DNA from: a virus
Lineage: Duplodnaviria > Caudoviricetes
DNA length: 38,398 nucleotides
Reading direction: 5' to 3' (one strand)
Virus record (IMG/VR): IMGVR_UViG_3300028025_001953
Location: 1 to 38,398 of that record
In this document: positions 8,228-17,846 of the stretch, piece by piece
How the letters are laid out: each line of letters starts with the position of its first letter
How positions within the stretch are numbered: the stretch's first letter is position 1
Translations under genes and position numbers: made by a program
The notes under the pieces: generated by a model
Seen by the model: only the letters and a program-made list of their open reading frames with translations
The model's database searches: none
What the model was told of the DNA's origin: nothing

Positions 8228-10207
8228 TTATTTAGTTGCTTCTGGATTGCTTGCTTTAGCAAAAAATTCATCTGCTAATTGCTTGTAACCCTTGGCAAGT
8301 ACGGGATCGGTTGTTGCTTGTGCTTTCGCTTTGTAGGTAGCGGCCTTGACAAACAAATCATTGGACTGAGCCACTGATGTACCTGTTCGTTTTGGACCAC
8401 CAGCCACCGCAAGAGATTTAGCAATTGCCAACTCAGATTCTAAACTTACTGCTTTGCTCAGTGCCGCCTCTTTTGCGGATACTAGAGAAGCAATCTCTGT
8501 TTTAATTGACTGCGTTGCGCTCTTTATTGCCTGTTCTACTATGGCTTCTACTTCTTCTGAAGATATTTTTTCCTCAGAAACTTGTTCAGCAGGAGTTTCT
8601 TCAACTGCTGCTACTTCTTCTTCTTTCTTTTCTTCAACAACAGGTGCTTCTTCAGTAACTTCTGCAACCTCTGTTGGCTCTGTTAATTCTGCTGCTTCTG
8701 CATCAGTAGATTTTGATGTTTCTTTATCATCATCACCATAAACTTTATGTGCATCTTTGTAGAATTTATCAGCACAAATTCCTGCATCTTTATCATTCAT
8801 ACCTTTTGCTTTGCAGCGTTTCATAAAGTCATCTTTAGATTCGCCCTTTTTTGGCTGAATGTTCATTTTGTCTGAACCTGCCGCCAATTCTATATCTTCA
8901 TTTTCCATTGTTTCTCCTTCTGCTTCCTCACCCTGATACCAAGCAAAAAGGTGATGGACTGCGGCTATTAGGTGTGTAAGAGAAGATTCTTCATTACTTC
9001 CCTCATTCATTTCTTGTGCTTCTATTGCAATTAATTGTGCTAGTGCTTGTCTTGCATTGTCATAAGTATTTCTATCAAACTTTAGTAAATCGCCACCAGT
9101 ATAAGATTTAGATAACTCAATAATGTCATCTACTAAATTGCTCATGGCTTCTCCCTCAGTTATGTAAGGTAATTCTAGGGTATCTACCCCTTTGTCTGTT
9201 TTCTTTTTGTAAGTTCCACCGCGCTTCTTGTATTCGCGGACTACCCAGGCGTTTGCTACGGCAGATGGGTAAACATCAAACTTATCCTTAGCCTCATTCT
9301 TAACGCGGTTGTATAACTCTTTATCTGATGGCTCTGATCCCTCTCCACCAGCGTTAATGTTTGCGTAATTTGGTTTCTTTTCTTCCTTTTCAATTAATTC
9401 TTCTACCTTGAATAAATTACTCTCACCCTCAGCAGACTTAGCCAGGACTAACTGGCAGTTTGGGTTAGCGGGTCTATCTACAAGGCTAACCTCAACAATC
9501 TTGCCATCAATTATGCGCCCGTTGGCTGCTTTCTGATCGCGGACTACGCGTGGGTTTTTAATTCCAATTGAGAAACCTTTAAGTACGCCAGTATCTACCT
9601 TCTTAACTGAAACTGGATCTACAACTAAAGCGTGTATGTAATGTCCGTCTTTTTTCTTCTCATATTCTTTTGCTACGCCTGCTGCAATGTTGCTGTGCTG
9701 TTCGCGGATATTGCCGCCTGACTTAAACCACTCTGGCATTGCATCATCTAGCCAAGTTGGATCACAAATTTGTTGGTCAATGTCTAATGAATCATCTGTT
9801 GCCTTGCCGTAAACCATTAAAGTGCCATCATCATTTTTATCGGCCTTAACAATCTCAAAAAAGGCTGTTGTTAAATCATTTATCATTGATTTCTCCGTTG
9901 TTTTCTTTTTGTTTTCTCTTGCAATCCTGTTTGCCCAGGAGCGCCCAGCGTCACCACCCCATAATAGCCAAGCAATGTAACCTGCGCTGTCTTTTCCCCA
10001 ACCTTCGCCTTTCTTATCAACCTCATGGCGAGCAAAATAAGAAACCATTCTGTTGATTGTTCTTAATGAAAGTGCAGCACCATTTTTTAGATCTCTAGCG
10101 CGGGCAACACCTACTTCTGTTCCACCTCTGCCGTATTTTTCGCGTAACTCTAAGCCGCGAGCAGCATTACTTCTAACCGTTTGTGGTGGTACAAAACCTT
10201 CTGCCAT
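8228..10207 (-). CDS. Multi-domain prohead protease/scaffold protein
   Basis: HK97-type protease motifs ('IREQH', 'LKGFSIG', 'EVSLVDRPANP'), acidic coiled C-terminal scaffold region, extra N-terminal and central modules. Confidence 0.85.
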   Translation of the reverse strand: MAEGFVPPQTVRSNAARGLELREKYGRGGTEVGVARARDLKNGAALSLRTINRMVSYFARHEVDKKGEGWGKDSAGYIAWLLWGGDAGRSWANRIARENKKKTTEKSMINDLTTAFFEIVKADKNDDGTLMVYGKATDDSLDIDQQICDPTWLDDAMPEWFKSGGNIREQHSNIAAGVAKEYEKKKDGHYIHALVVDPVSVKKVDTGVLKGFSIGIKNPRVVRDQKAANGRIIDGKIVEVSLVDRPANPNCQLVLAKSAEGESNLFKVEELIEKEEKKPNYANINAGGEGSEPSDKELYNRVKNEAKDKFDVYPSAVANAWVVREYKKRGGTYKKKTDKGVDTLELPYITEGEAMSNLVDDIIELSKSYTGGDLLKFDRNTYDNARQALAQLIAIEAQEMNEGSNEESSLTHLIAAVHHLFAWYQGEEAEGETMENEDIELAAGSDKMNIQPKKGESKDDFMKRCKAKGMNDKDAGICADKFYKDAHKVYGDDDKETSKSTDAEAAELTEPTEVAEVTEEAPVVEEKKEEEVAAVEETPAEQVSEEKISSEEVEAIVEQAIKSATQSIKTEIASLVSAKEAALSKAVSLESELAIAKSLAVAGGPKRTGTSVAQSNDLFVKAATYKAKAQATTDPVLAKGYKQLADEFFAKASNPEATK

Positions 10208-10208
10208 A

Positions 10209-10499
10209 TTAACTTCCCGCGTTCAATACCGTAATAGTAGTTGTATTACCTGAAGCGCAAGTTGCAAAAAGAGATTCTCCAGCATATAGATCTATTTGGA
10301 ATCTATTATTGACACCAGTTGATTGAAATTTACCAATCACATACCCAGTAGATGAGGTAACAGTTGAATCACCTATGAAAGCGTCATGTGTACCGCCAGT
10401 ATTTACAATGTAATATCTAACCTTGCCTACCTTAGCGTCATTGTTTGCAATCAATATAGGTGTACTACCAACTGTAATGTTTGTTTGTTTTAAAGCCAT
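10209..10499 (-). CDS. Small beta-rich hypothetical protein, possibly virion-associated
   Basis: 96 aa ORF packed in the head operon. Confidence 0.6.
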   Translation of the reverse strand: MALKQTNITVGSTPILIANNDAKVGKVRYYIVNTGGTHDAFIGDSTVTSSTGYVIGKFQSTGVNNRFQIDLYAGESLFATCASGNTTTITVLNAGS

Positions 10500-10700
10500 T
10501 TAAACCTCTGTCCAAGTCACTTGCATTGACTTTTTAATTGCTTCTTCAGCCATAAGAATATCAACTTCTTTCTCATAACGCTCAATTATCTCTTTTGCTT
10601 TTGGCACACCTCTCTCAGCCAAGTAATAGAGTTCTTGTAATGTTGCTTCTTCAGGATCTATAAAATCTACTGGATCGCAACTTTCTTCTTGTTCGTTCAT
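10500..10700 (-). CDS. Small acidic hypothetical protein (candidate immunity protein)
   Basis: AAGGAGG RBS; second small ORF after the MuF fusion. Confidence 0.6.
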   Translation of the reverse strand: MNEQEESCDPVDFIDPEEATLQELYYLAERGVPKAKEIIERYEKEVDILMAEEAIKKSMQVTWTEV

Positions 10701-10703
10701 TAA

Positions 10704-10916
10704 TTACGCCTCCTTTATTGGCTTTAGTGTTGTGTATTTTTCTGGCAGCCCGTTTAGTACCCAGTTTCTATATGGTTGCGGTACTTCATTAATAGATGAT
10801 GCCTTTGTGTACCAATCCCTGAATTCATCAAGAACTTGAACATCTTCTATCTTGTTTACTTTGAAACTGTTAATTGCTGTTGCCCATTTTATGCTTATTA
10901 CATGGTCTGTAATCAT
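10704..10916 (-). CDS. Small hypothetical protein (candidate immunity protein)
   Basis: ATGA overlap with the MuF stop codon. Confidence 0.6.
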   Translation of the reverse strand: MITDHVISIKWATAINSFKVNKIEDVQVLDEFRDWYTKASSINEVPQPYRNWVLNGLPEKYTTLKPIKEA

Positions 10917-13345
10917 TCTTTCACCCTTAGCGCCCCTCTGTTTAGTATCACAAACACCCCTCCATCATCATCTACATATTTGATTGCGTCATAACCATTT
11001 AAAGCCGCGTATCTACCTGGATCTTGATAAATTATGCCTAGTTGTCTAAATGTTTCTTCATCTAAATCTCCAAATGAATCTACAAACCTACCCGCTTGTG
11101 GATTTTGGTATGGCCTTTTAAATGCTCTGTCAAAAAAAGCATTTGAATACACTTTTGCTCCATTTTTGGCATCATCTACGCTAATCGTTTTTGCTTTTGG
11201 AGATAGCGCCATAGTTATTACATTCTCAGGTTTACCCTCAGCATATTTAATTACATAAGAAAGATCTGTGCCTGTATAAACGCCATTACCAACAACGCCT
11301 GTACCAACAAACATATCACCTTCCTTGAAATCTTTAATCATTGAATCAACTGACTTGGTTGCGCTAGGAGTTAATCCACGGTGAAGAATTGTTGTGCCTA
11401 ATCCTTCCAATACCTCAAATTCTTTTGCGCTCAATATTGTAGGTTTAGCAGTAAATCCTTGGGCCTGTAATATGGCTTTTAATCGGTCATCTCCAGTGTA
11501 TTTAAATGCTTCTTCATAGCGCTGAGTAGCACCATTCCAAATAGTTACTATGCCCATTTCATTTGGTTTAATCTTGGTGATAGCAACAATGGTTTCTCTA
11601 TCAAAATCATCTTGGCTGCTGTACTTAGCCTTGACCGTCTTAGCCTTAGCAGGCTCTTTAGGAGTAGGAACTGGAACAGGCTTAGGTTGTACTACCCCGC
11701 CAGGAACCTTCCAGCCAAATTCAGTAGCCATAGCCTGAACAAGCGGGTTAGGGGTTGCTCCACTGGTCCTGTAATACTCGGTAAACATTTCAGCATAAAA
11801 TTCTTTACTGTTCTCTGCTGAATATCTGCTCTTAAACGCATCAGGGAATTCTTTTTTAAGTTTAGTAATTATTTCTGTTGTTCTTGCGCTCTGTCTTGAA
11901 ATAGAACCAGGAGAAAGATCATCAACTATGTGACCCCATTCGTGGCTTAGAGTGTATTGGAATTGGGTAGTAGTTGGAGTTACTGGCATCTTAAATCCAC
12001 CAGCGCCACTAACCTTCAATTCCGCATCTTTAACAATCTTAGGAACAACCCATAGATCTTCTTGGCCTAAGTAAGCCCAGCCATATTTATTCTTGCTGTC
12101 CTTGGTGATGTGGACTACGGCACGGTTCTTAGGATTGCTGATTTGTAGTTTTTCTACTTCTTCAATTACTTGTTTGCGGATTTCTTCTTTGACCCCAAGG
12201 CCCACGCCACCAAATTGAATTTCAATAGGACCGTTCTTGTAAACAACACCCTTGGCAACAAAATCCCGATCCATTTTCTTTGCGTGTATATCGTAAATTA
12301 CGGCTGCTCTTGCTCTGTCTATCTTTGTAGTGCGTGAGCGTATGATGTTTTGGAGTTCTACTTCAAGCATGGCCTCTTTAGGTACAACTTCCCATTGACC
12401 AGGTATGAATGGGCGGCTATCCATTTCATCATAGATTGCAAAACCTGGATTTACAGATACGGGCTTAGGTGCAGTTACGGTTGGGGCTACAACTGGAGGC
12501 AATACGGGTGCAATAGGTGGAGTTATTAATGTTGTACCTGTTGGGGTTGCCTCTTGTTCATCAAAATCAGGAATTACAGGTAGCAATACGCAACGGCAAT
12601 GTGGGTGTACTGGAGGTTGAGTTCCACCTGAGTTAAATGTTCCGCCTATTTCAATAACTTGGCCCTGGTTCTGTGCGCATTTATCGCAAGGGCTAGATGT
12701 TTGCCATTCCATCTTTTGAATCTCAGATTCTTTAAAGCGGTTAATAGTTGCGTAAGAGATAGCGCGGTTCTGCTCTGTGATTGCAATGCTCAGCGCTCGC
12801 GCAGGATTAGCCACATGTCTTGCAATATTCTTAGCCGATCTTTCGGCAGTCATACCCAGTTCAATAGCATCAGCAACGGCATTACCAATATCTCTAATTG
12901 TTGTATCAGAGAAATCTTTGAATGTAATGCTTTGCATTTGTAGCAACTGTTGAAATGCTTTAGGTGGGCGCAACAATAAAGCAGAGGCTTGATCTCCTGG
13001 CCTCCACTTTGACCAATCTACATAACTTCCATCATCAGCCTTGGCTGCAACTCTAGCCATAGCCACTTGTTCTTCAGCAAAAGCATCTCCAGTTACATAT
13101 CCTTCAGCCCAAACTCTTAACATAACTTCTTTGAGCGGTTCCATATTGACGCGGACATTGAGCATTACCCAGGCTCTTGCACGGGCGCGATCTTGCGCAG
13201 GCTTATTGCTTACCGCAGGTTGAGTTGAAAGATACTGTTCATATACACGCCTGGCATCAAAAGATTGAGCAATAGCCGCTCTAATCTTTACCGCATTTCT
13301 AGCCGCTAAACGCGCATCTGCTTCCAGGGCGCGTTCCCAAATCAT
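10913..13345 (-). CDS. MuF/SPP1 gp7-like minor head protein fused to a HEXXH metallopeptidase and an ADP-ribosyltransferase-like domain
   Basis: Follows the portal gene; 'CDKC...PPVHPHCRC' MuF signature; Pro-rich linkers; 'HEWGH...Y...EFYAE'; 'LHRG...GTGVVGNGVY...YA...GYDAI'. Confidence 0.85.
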   Translation of the reverse strand: MIWERALEADARLAARNAVKIRAAIAQSFDARRVYEQYLSTQPAVSNKPAQDRARARAWVMLNVRVNMEPLKEVMLRVWAEGYVTGDAFAEEQVAMARVAAKADDGSYVDWSKWRPGDQASALLLRPPKAFQQLLQMQSITFKDFSDTTIRDIGNAVADAIELGMTAERSAKNIARHVANPARALSIAITEQNRAISYATINRFKESEIQKMEWQTSSPCDKCAQNQGQVIEIGGTFNSGGTQPPVHPHCRCVLLPVIPDFDEQEATPTGTTLITPPIAPVLPPVVAPTVTAPKPVSVNPGFAIYDEMDSRPFIPGQWEVVPKEAMLEVELQNIIRSRTTKIDRARAAVIYDIHAKKMDRDFVAKGVVYKNGPIEIQFGGVGLGVKEEIRKQVIEEVEKLQISNPKNRAVVHITKDSKNKYGWAYLGQEDLWVVPKIVKDAELKVSGAGGFKMPVTPTTTQFQYTLSHEWGHIVDDLSPGSISRQSARTTEIITKLKKEFPDAFKSRYSAENSKEFYAEMFTEYYRTSGATPNPLVQAMATEFGWKVPGGVVQPKPVPVPTPKEPAKAKTVKAKYSSQDDFDRETIVAITKIKPNEMGIVTIWNGATQRYEEAFKYTGDDRLKAILQAQGFTAKPTILSAKEFEVLEGLGTTILHRGLTPSATKSVDSMIKDFKEGDMFVGTGVVGNGVYTGTDLSYVIKYAEGKPENVITMALSPKAKTISVDDAKNGAKVYSNAFFDRAFKRPYQNPQAGRFVDSFGDLDEETFRQLGIIYQDPGRYAALNGYDAIKYVDDDGGVFVILNRGALRVKE

Positions 13346-15216
13346 GTTAAATACGCTTTAGCGAGCGCTCTTGCGGTTTCAAGATCCCCGTCAAATGCAC
13401 AACGGTTAAGCGCTTCCCCAACAATAGGATCTAAAGATTTAAATTCAAATAGACGGGCGCGTTTACCTTTATTAGCCCACTTCATAAAGGCTTTAACTTC
13501 ATCTACTGTTGCCCTGTCTATTTCTTCTTCAATCTCAGATTCTTCTTTTGGATTTGATTCTTCTTCTGGCTTGCTCTCTGCTGTATCTGGAGTAGATGGC
13601 GCAATAGCAGTAGCGTTTGGCCCTTCTAGTGTAGGAGCAGAGATTACCTCTTTAGCGTTAATGATTCCATCTGGTGAGAATAGGAAAATATCTGCACCAG
13701 CAACAAGTAACGGCATATCTGCTTGCGGAGTATCTAATAAAGGCAAACCTAATTCAGATCTACGCTCATTGATAGTTTTACCAGCAGAGGTAATTTCAAT
13801 CTGTGACTTACGGGCATTTGCTTCATTGTCCAAACGCTTTGAGGTCATCAGTTTAAATTCAAGTTCGCGTGGCATACCAAGGTAAGCATAAGAAAGATTT
13901 GTTAGCATCTTTGAATACCAGTTAGCCAACGGTTGAATTCCGATAGCCTCAGCAGTTTCAGCGCGGCTTGCTTCATATCCAGCGCCACCTAACCCACCTT
14001 TAGGAGCAAACCCAATCTCAGATGGTTGTACGCCAAAATGACCGCAGATAGATGTAATCAAATAATCATCTAATGTGTCTTTAAACTTCTCGCCATATCC
14101 TTCATTTGATATTGGAGTTAATCCAGTTGGTAGCAGGCGAGCGCGTTTACGCTGTTCAGTCTGTCCAGCCAAGTCATCATTTAAAATGTTTTCATAAGCG
14201 CGTAGCAGATCAGGGTTAGTTCCCCATTCGGCATCAGTTGTAAACATCAGATCTGGCATTACGCCATCTGTGTATTCAGCGCGGATCCATTGTTGCCTTC
14301 TTAGGTAAATGTCAGCCAATGGCAGCGCTCGCTCTACTGGTGAATAACCATAAACGCTTGTAGTTCTACGGTTGCGCACCATATAAGCCAAATCATCAGC
14401 AGTAAATTCACCATCAGCAGCAGGATCATCAGCGTTCGCACTAAATTCAGATCTAGGGAATCCATAAAGAATCTGTTGATAAGCAGGAGCAGGTGGAATA
14501 GGGCGCATACCGCGATCATCAATAAGCGGCTTGATTGTTGCGCCATCTAAAATCTGTAATCCGTATAAATCTCCACCTACTGTTGGTTGTGGGAAGATTG
14601 CAAGTGCATCAATAACAAGAGTTTCTTCAGCAGCAATCATTAACCAGTCTGTAAATGTAAGTCCGTTAGCGCGATCTGGATTCTCCCAGAATTCACGCAC
14701 TCTATTGATTTCATCTGTGTATTTCTCGCGGGCTTTAGCCATAGCGCGTACATGATCTCCGCCTGATTCGGCTGCAATTTTTTCAGAGGCATCAGATCCA
14801 AGAACAATATCCCAATCTAATCCTGATAATTTCGATTTAGTAACTTCAATACATCTACGCAGAATATCTATTTGATCTGCTGCTGCTCTTAATGTTTTAA
14901 ATGATATTAAACGGGTTTCAGTGACATTTATATTTTGTGCTACTTGATATTCAAATCTACGCGGATCTGGTCTGCCATCTGGTCTTAGTGGATTAATTGC
15001 ACCAGGTGTGATTGGTAAGCCTGGTCCAAATGGAACCATTGCTTGCCAAGGATTTCTAGGTAGTGGCACATTGTTGCCGTATGACTGTCCGATAGAACCA
15101 CCAGCGCGGTTGCGCATTTCTTGTTCAGTCATTGTTGTTGAACCCGCAGGTAAACGCGGGGCTTTCTCTAAATCGGATCCTGCTATTGCTCTTGCGATTC
15201 GGTCACGCAGACCCAT
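13342..15216 (-). CDS. Portal protein
   Basis: 624 aa after terL; 'YGYSPVE', 'ICGHFGVQPSEIG' and 'TINERRSELGLP' are HK97-like portal motifs. Confidence 0.9.
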   Translation of the reverse strand: MGLRDRIARAIAGSDLEKAPRLPAGSTTMTEQEMRNRAGGSIGQSYGNNVPLPRNPWQAMVPFGPGLPITPGAINPLRPDGRPDPRRFEYQVAQNINVTETRLISFKTLRAAADQIDILRRCIEVTKSKLSGLDWDIVLGSDASEKIAAESGGDHVRAMAKAREKYTDEINRVREFWENPDRANGLTFTDWLMIAAEETLVIDALAIFPQPTVGGDLYGLQILDGATIKPLIDDRGMRPIPPAPAYQQILYGFPRSEFSANADDPAADGEFTADDLAYMVRNRRTTSVYGYSPVERALPLADIYLRRQQWIRAEYTDGVMPDLMFTTDAEWGTNPDLLRAYENILNDDLAGQTEQRKRARLLPTGLTPISNEGYGEKFKDTLDDYLITSICGHFGVQPSEIGFAPKGGLGGAGYEASRAETAEAIGIQPLANWYSKMLTNLSYAYLGMPRELEFKLMTSKRLDNEANARKSQIEITSAGKTINERRSELGLPLLDTPQADMPLLVAGADIFLFSPDGIINAKEVISAPTLEGPNATAIAPSTPDTAESKPEEESNPKEESEIEEEIDRATVDEVKAFMKWANKGKRARLFEFKSLDPIVGEALNRCAFDGDLETARALAKAYLT

Positions 15217-15226
15217 GTGAATCTCC

Positions 15227-16654
15227 TTAAATTAATTGCTCTTGTGTTTCAGCAACGCTAATCATAGCGCTTCCACACTTAGAACAATGTGACATTGACT
15301 TAGGCATAGGCAATCCGCACTTAGGGCAAAAGTTAGCAAGAGCGTTAAAGTAATTACTAACATTCTGTGATCCAAGAAGATTACTAAACGCTTGTACCAT
15401 AGCATCAATTCGGTCTGGAGAATAAGAATCATTCGGTGTCCACACTGTCATTTGATCCTCTAAAACTGGAAACTCTCCTATGTGGTGAATTCGGCCTTGT
15501 TCGTACATTGCTGCTACTGGCTCAGCCCGTAATCTTTTACCTATATGCGCTCGCACTTCTCTAATCGGTAAAGAGTGCCTAATCTGCTTCAGAACTGCAC
15601 TCACCATATCGCCACCCTGGTTTACTTCTACCAAAATTGAATCTGCTTTCCATTCATCAAATACCGATACTGCTTTAGAGGCCCAGTCCAGGGGTGAACC
15701 TTTAAATGAATAATCTCCAAGCACATATCCATGCCCAGCAGAATCAGATCCACAAACTATGATTCCTGTTTCATCAGATGATTGGTTGTTTGTTACCGCA
15801 GGGTCAATGGAAACTGTAATGCGGGATAGAGCAGGGGCTTTCTTCAGTCTGTTACGGTCAATCAATCCCTTAGTCCATAGAGCGCCTTCAGTATCTTCCA
15901 GGATCTCGCCATAAAGTTCTTGTCTGCCAAGTCTTGTTCCGTTATAGCGGGCTTGTAATTCAAGTAATGCAGATGGCGCTAAATTTGCAGCATTATCAAA
16001 TGTTGAACCTTTTGTAATAACTACACTGCCATCAGTTCTATTAGCCAACATTCTAATCAGAGGCATAGGCCGTGGTGTTGTTGTAACTACGATTCTAGGT
16101 TTATCACCCAGGCGTAATCCAAACTGTAATTGATCCCAAGCGTCAGAATATCTATACGCTGCTAACTCATCACACCAGGCTCCATGATGTTGCGGGCCTC
16201 TAAATCTATCTGGTTGATCCGCAGAAAAAAGTTTAATTCTGGATCCGTTATTTAATAAGATCTCGCCCATAGATCTGTTCCAATGCGCCAACATTCTGTA
16301 ACGGCTCAGTACGGAAATAACTCCAGATTCACCTTCAGCGCAAGTATCTCTAGCATCAGAGAATGTAGGGGCAACTATCGCCCATCTTGTATTAGGCGTT
16401 CTAATGGCTTCCCAGGCTAACCATTCGGCTGCTGTACGGGTTTTACCAGCACCTCTACCAGCCATATAAAGCCAAATGTTCCAATCGCCTTCTGGTGGTA
16501 ATTGTTCTTTACGGGCTAGGCGATTCCTCCATATAAATCTGCTCGCTTTGATCCTGCTGTTCAGTGAGGGTGATTGTGTTGCTTGCATCAACTCCGTCAA
16601 TGATTCTTGCGATTCTATCAACTTCGGCATCAAGGGATCCTGCTCCGCCTTCAT
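15227..16654 (-). CDS. terL: Terminase large subunit with C-terminal zinc ribbon (true start may be 16588 or 16630)
   Basis: Walker A 'AGRGAGKT', Walker B 'AWCDE', coupling motif 'TTTP', RNase H-like 'IDPA' and 'DRIDA'. Confidence 0.95.
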   Translation of the reverse strand: MKAEQDPLMPKLIESQESLTELMQATQSPSLNSRIKASRFIWRNRLARKEQLPPEGDWNIWLYMAGRGAGKTRTAAEWLAWEAIRTPNTRWAIVAPTFSDARDTCAEGESGVISVLSRYRMLAHWNRSMGEILLNNGSRIKLFSADQPDRFRGPQHHGAWCDELAAYRYSDAWDQLQFGLRLGDKPRIVVTTTPRPMPLIRMLANRTDGSVVITKGSTFDNAANLAPSALLELQARYNGTRLGRQELYGEILEDTEGALWTKGLIDRNRLKKAPALSRITVSIDPAVTNNQSSDETGIIVCGSDSAGHGYVLGDYSFKGSPLDWASKAVSVFDEWKADSILVEVNQGGDMVSAVLKQIRHSLPIREVRAHIGKRLRAEPVAAMYEQGRIHHIGEFPVLEDQMTVWTPNDSYSPDRIDAMVQAFSNLLGSQNVSNYFNALANFCPKCGLPMPKSMSHCSKCGSAMISVAETQEQLI

Positions 16655-17006
16655 AACTCACCACCTCTGCTTGTATTTTAGTTGGAGCATCTAGCCCCAA
16701 AAATTTTGCCCTTCTATCCATAATTCTTAAAACAAATTCACCCGCTCGCATATTGCCTTGTACCGCAGGCTCCCAGTAAATTGATTGCAGTTCATCTAAG
16801 CGGGATAACTCCATAAACAACGCTGCTTCAACTGGCTCTTGTTGTTGGCGTTTGATGGCTCTCATGTAAGCCTTCAACGCACCAGCACCACTGGCATAAC
16901 CAACTTCAGTTGCAATGGCTCGCCAGGTGTAAGACTGTGAGCGCAATTCAAGAACTTTGTTCTCACGCTCAATCTGGTCTGGTTCAGGTGTTATGTTTCT
17001 TGCCAT
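16509..17006 (-). CDS. terS: Terminase small subunit
   Basis: N-terminal HTH ('YTWRAIATEVGY'), 'RRAKFLGLDAP'; overlaps the start of terL. Confidence 0.8.
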   Translation of the reverse strand: MARNITPEPDQIERENKVLELRSQSYTWRAIATEVGYASGAGALKAYMRAIKRQQQEPVEAALFMELSRLDELQSIYWEPAVQGNMRAGEFVLRIMDRRAKFLGLDAPTKIQAEVVSYEGGAGSLDAEVDRIARIIDGVDASNTITLTEQQDQSEQIYMEESPSP

Positions 17007-17012
17007 GTGTTC

Positions 17013-17041
17013 ACTATAAATTAGGAAACATTAACTTTCAA
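17013..17041 (-). promoter_or_regulatory. Sigma70-type promoter for terS, probably leaderless
   Basis: TTGAAA-17 nt-TATAGT-6 nt-ATG, with no SD sequence. Confidence 0.7.
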
Positions 17042-17064
17042 ATTGAGTTAAACATTATGTAAGA

Positions 17065-17156
17065 ACAAAACCCCCACAAGTTATCGCATCTTCCCTAATG
17101 CAATACATTGTGAGGGTCCTGTCCAGCACTCACATAGGCATCTGACCTATGTAGTG
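17065..17156 (-). other. Two tandem hairpins (structured RNA or terminator) upstream of the terS promoter
   Basis: Stems ACATAGG/CCTATGT and ACAGGACCCTCACAA/TTGTGGGGGTTTTGT. Confidence 0.55.
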
Positions 17157-17167
17157 ATCTAAACCTA

Positions 17168-17350
17168 CTATTTTTCCTGGCTTAATACAAGCCTTACATC
17201 AAGTAAATCATCAACGCTTTGAAGAAGAATTTGCTTCTTTTTCCATGTTAGGCGGTTGCCGTATTGATCTGTTTTGAGCATCAAATTTAAATGGCGCAGC
17301 GCTTCATCAATATCTTCTATGGTTACTTCTTCTTCTATAACAAGTGTCAT
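17168..17350 (-). CDS. Hypothetical protein
   Basis: 60 aa ORF; TATTCT lies 7 nt before the ATG, suggesting a leaderless start. Confidence 0.6.
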   Translation of the reverse strand: MTLVIEEEVTIEDIDEALRHLNLMLKTDQYGNRLTWKKKQILLQSVDDLLDVRLVLSQEK

Positions 17351-17366
17351 AGGAGAAAGAATACTT

Positions 17367-17528
17367 TTACTTACGGGGTTTTGCTTTGATTTCCTTCTCT
17401 ACTTCATCTGTGACTAAATCAATCAAATTCTCAATCTTAAAGGCTAATGTGTCTTTGCCTTTTGCCCGTAATCTTTCAGCAAACAATTGCAGCGCAAGGT
17501 TTACTTCTGGATCTTCTGCTACGCCCAT
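17367..17528 (-). CDS. Hypothetical protein, 53 aa (MGVAEDPEVNLAL...)
   Basis: Translated by hand; fills the gap and overlaps the upstream stop. Confidence 0.55.
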   Translation of the reverse strand: MGVAEDPEVNLALQLFAERLRAKGKDTLAFKIENLIDLVTDEVEKEIKAKPRK

Positions 17529-17665
17529 TCTATACCAAACCAGAATGGTCCAACATCAACTGTGAATTGGTATTTATCAATAGTAAAACCTAAACCAAAA
17601 CGCTTTAAGAAGAATCCGTAATGTACCCAAATCTTTAAAGGTTTAATGTATTTTTCTTTACTCAT
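17519..17665 (-). CDS. Hypothetical protein (MSKEKY..., aromatic-rich)
   Basis: Start moved to the ATG overlapping the end of the upstream HTH gene. Confidence 0.55.
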   Translation of the reverse strand: MSKEKYIKPLKIWVHYGFFLKRFGLGFTIDKYQFTVDVGPFWFGIEWA

Positions 17666-17846
17666 GGTTACGCGCCTGACGCTTTGAAACATAATTTTCC
17701 ACATCTGTTTTGCGGTAATACACATTACGGCCTGACTTTTCCACCCATGTAATTGTTTTACGGTGTTGTATTTGGCGTAAGTTATTCATAGTTATACCAA
17801 GCATTTGTGCTGCTTCTGCTGCGCTAATTAATCCGTCTGCTACCAT
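17658..17846 (-). CDS. MerR/excisionase-like HTH DNA-binding protein
   Basis: 'ISAAEAAQMLGIT...LRQ...YYRKTDVE'. Confidence 0.75.
   Translation of the reverse strand: MVADGLISAAEAAQMLGITMNNLRQIQHRKTITWVEKSGRNVYYRKTDVENYVSKRQARNHE

Noticed and set aside
17065-17156. Self-cleaving ribozyme
   Set aside because: I could not find hammerhead (CTGANGA/GAAA) or HDV-like cores by eye
17658-17846. Excisionase implying a prophage
   Set aside because: No integrase, att site or host flanks; the genome closes on itself
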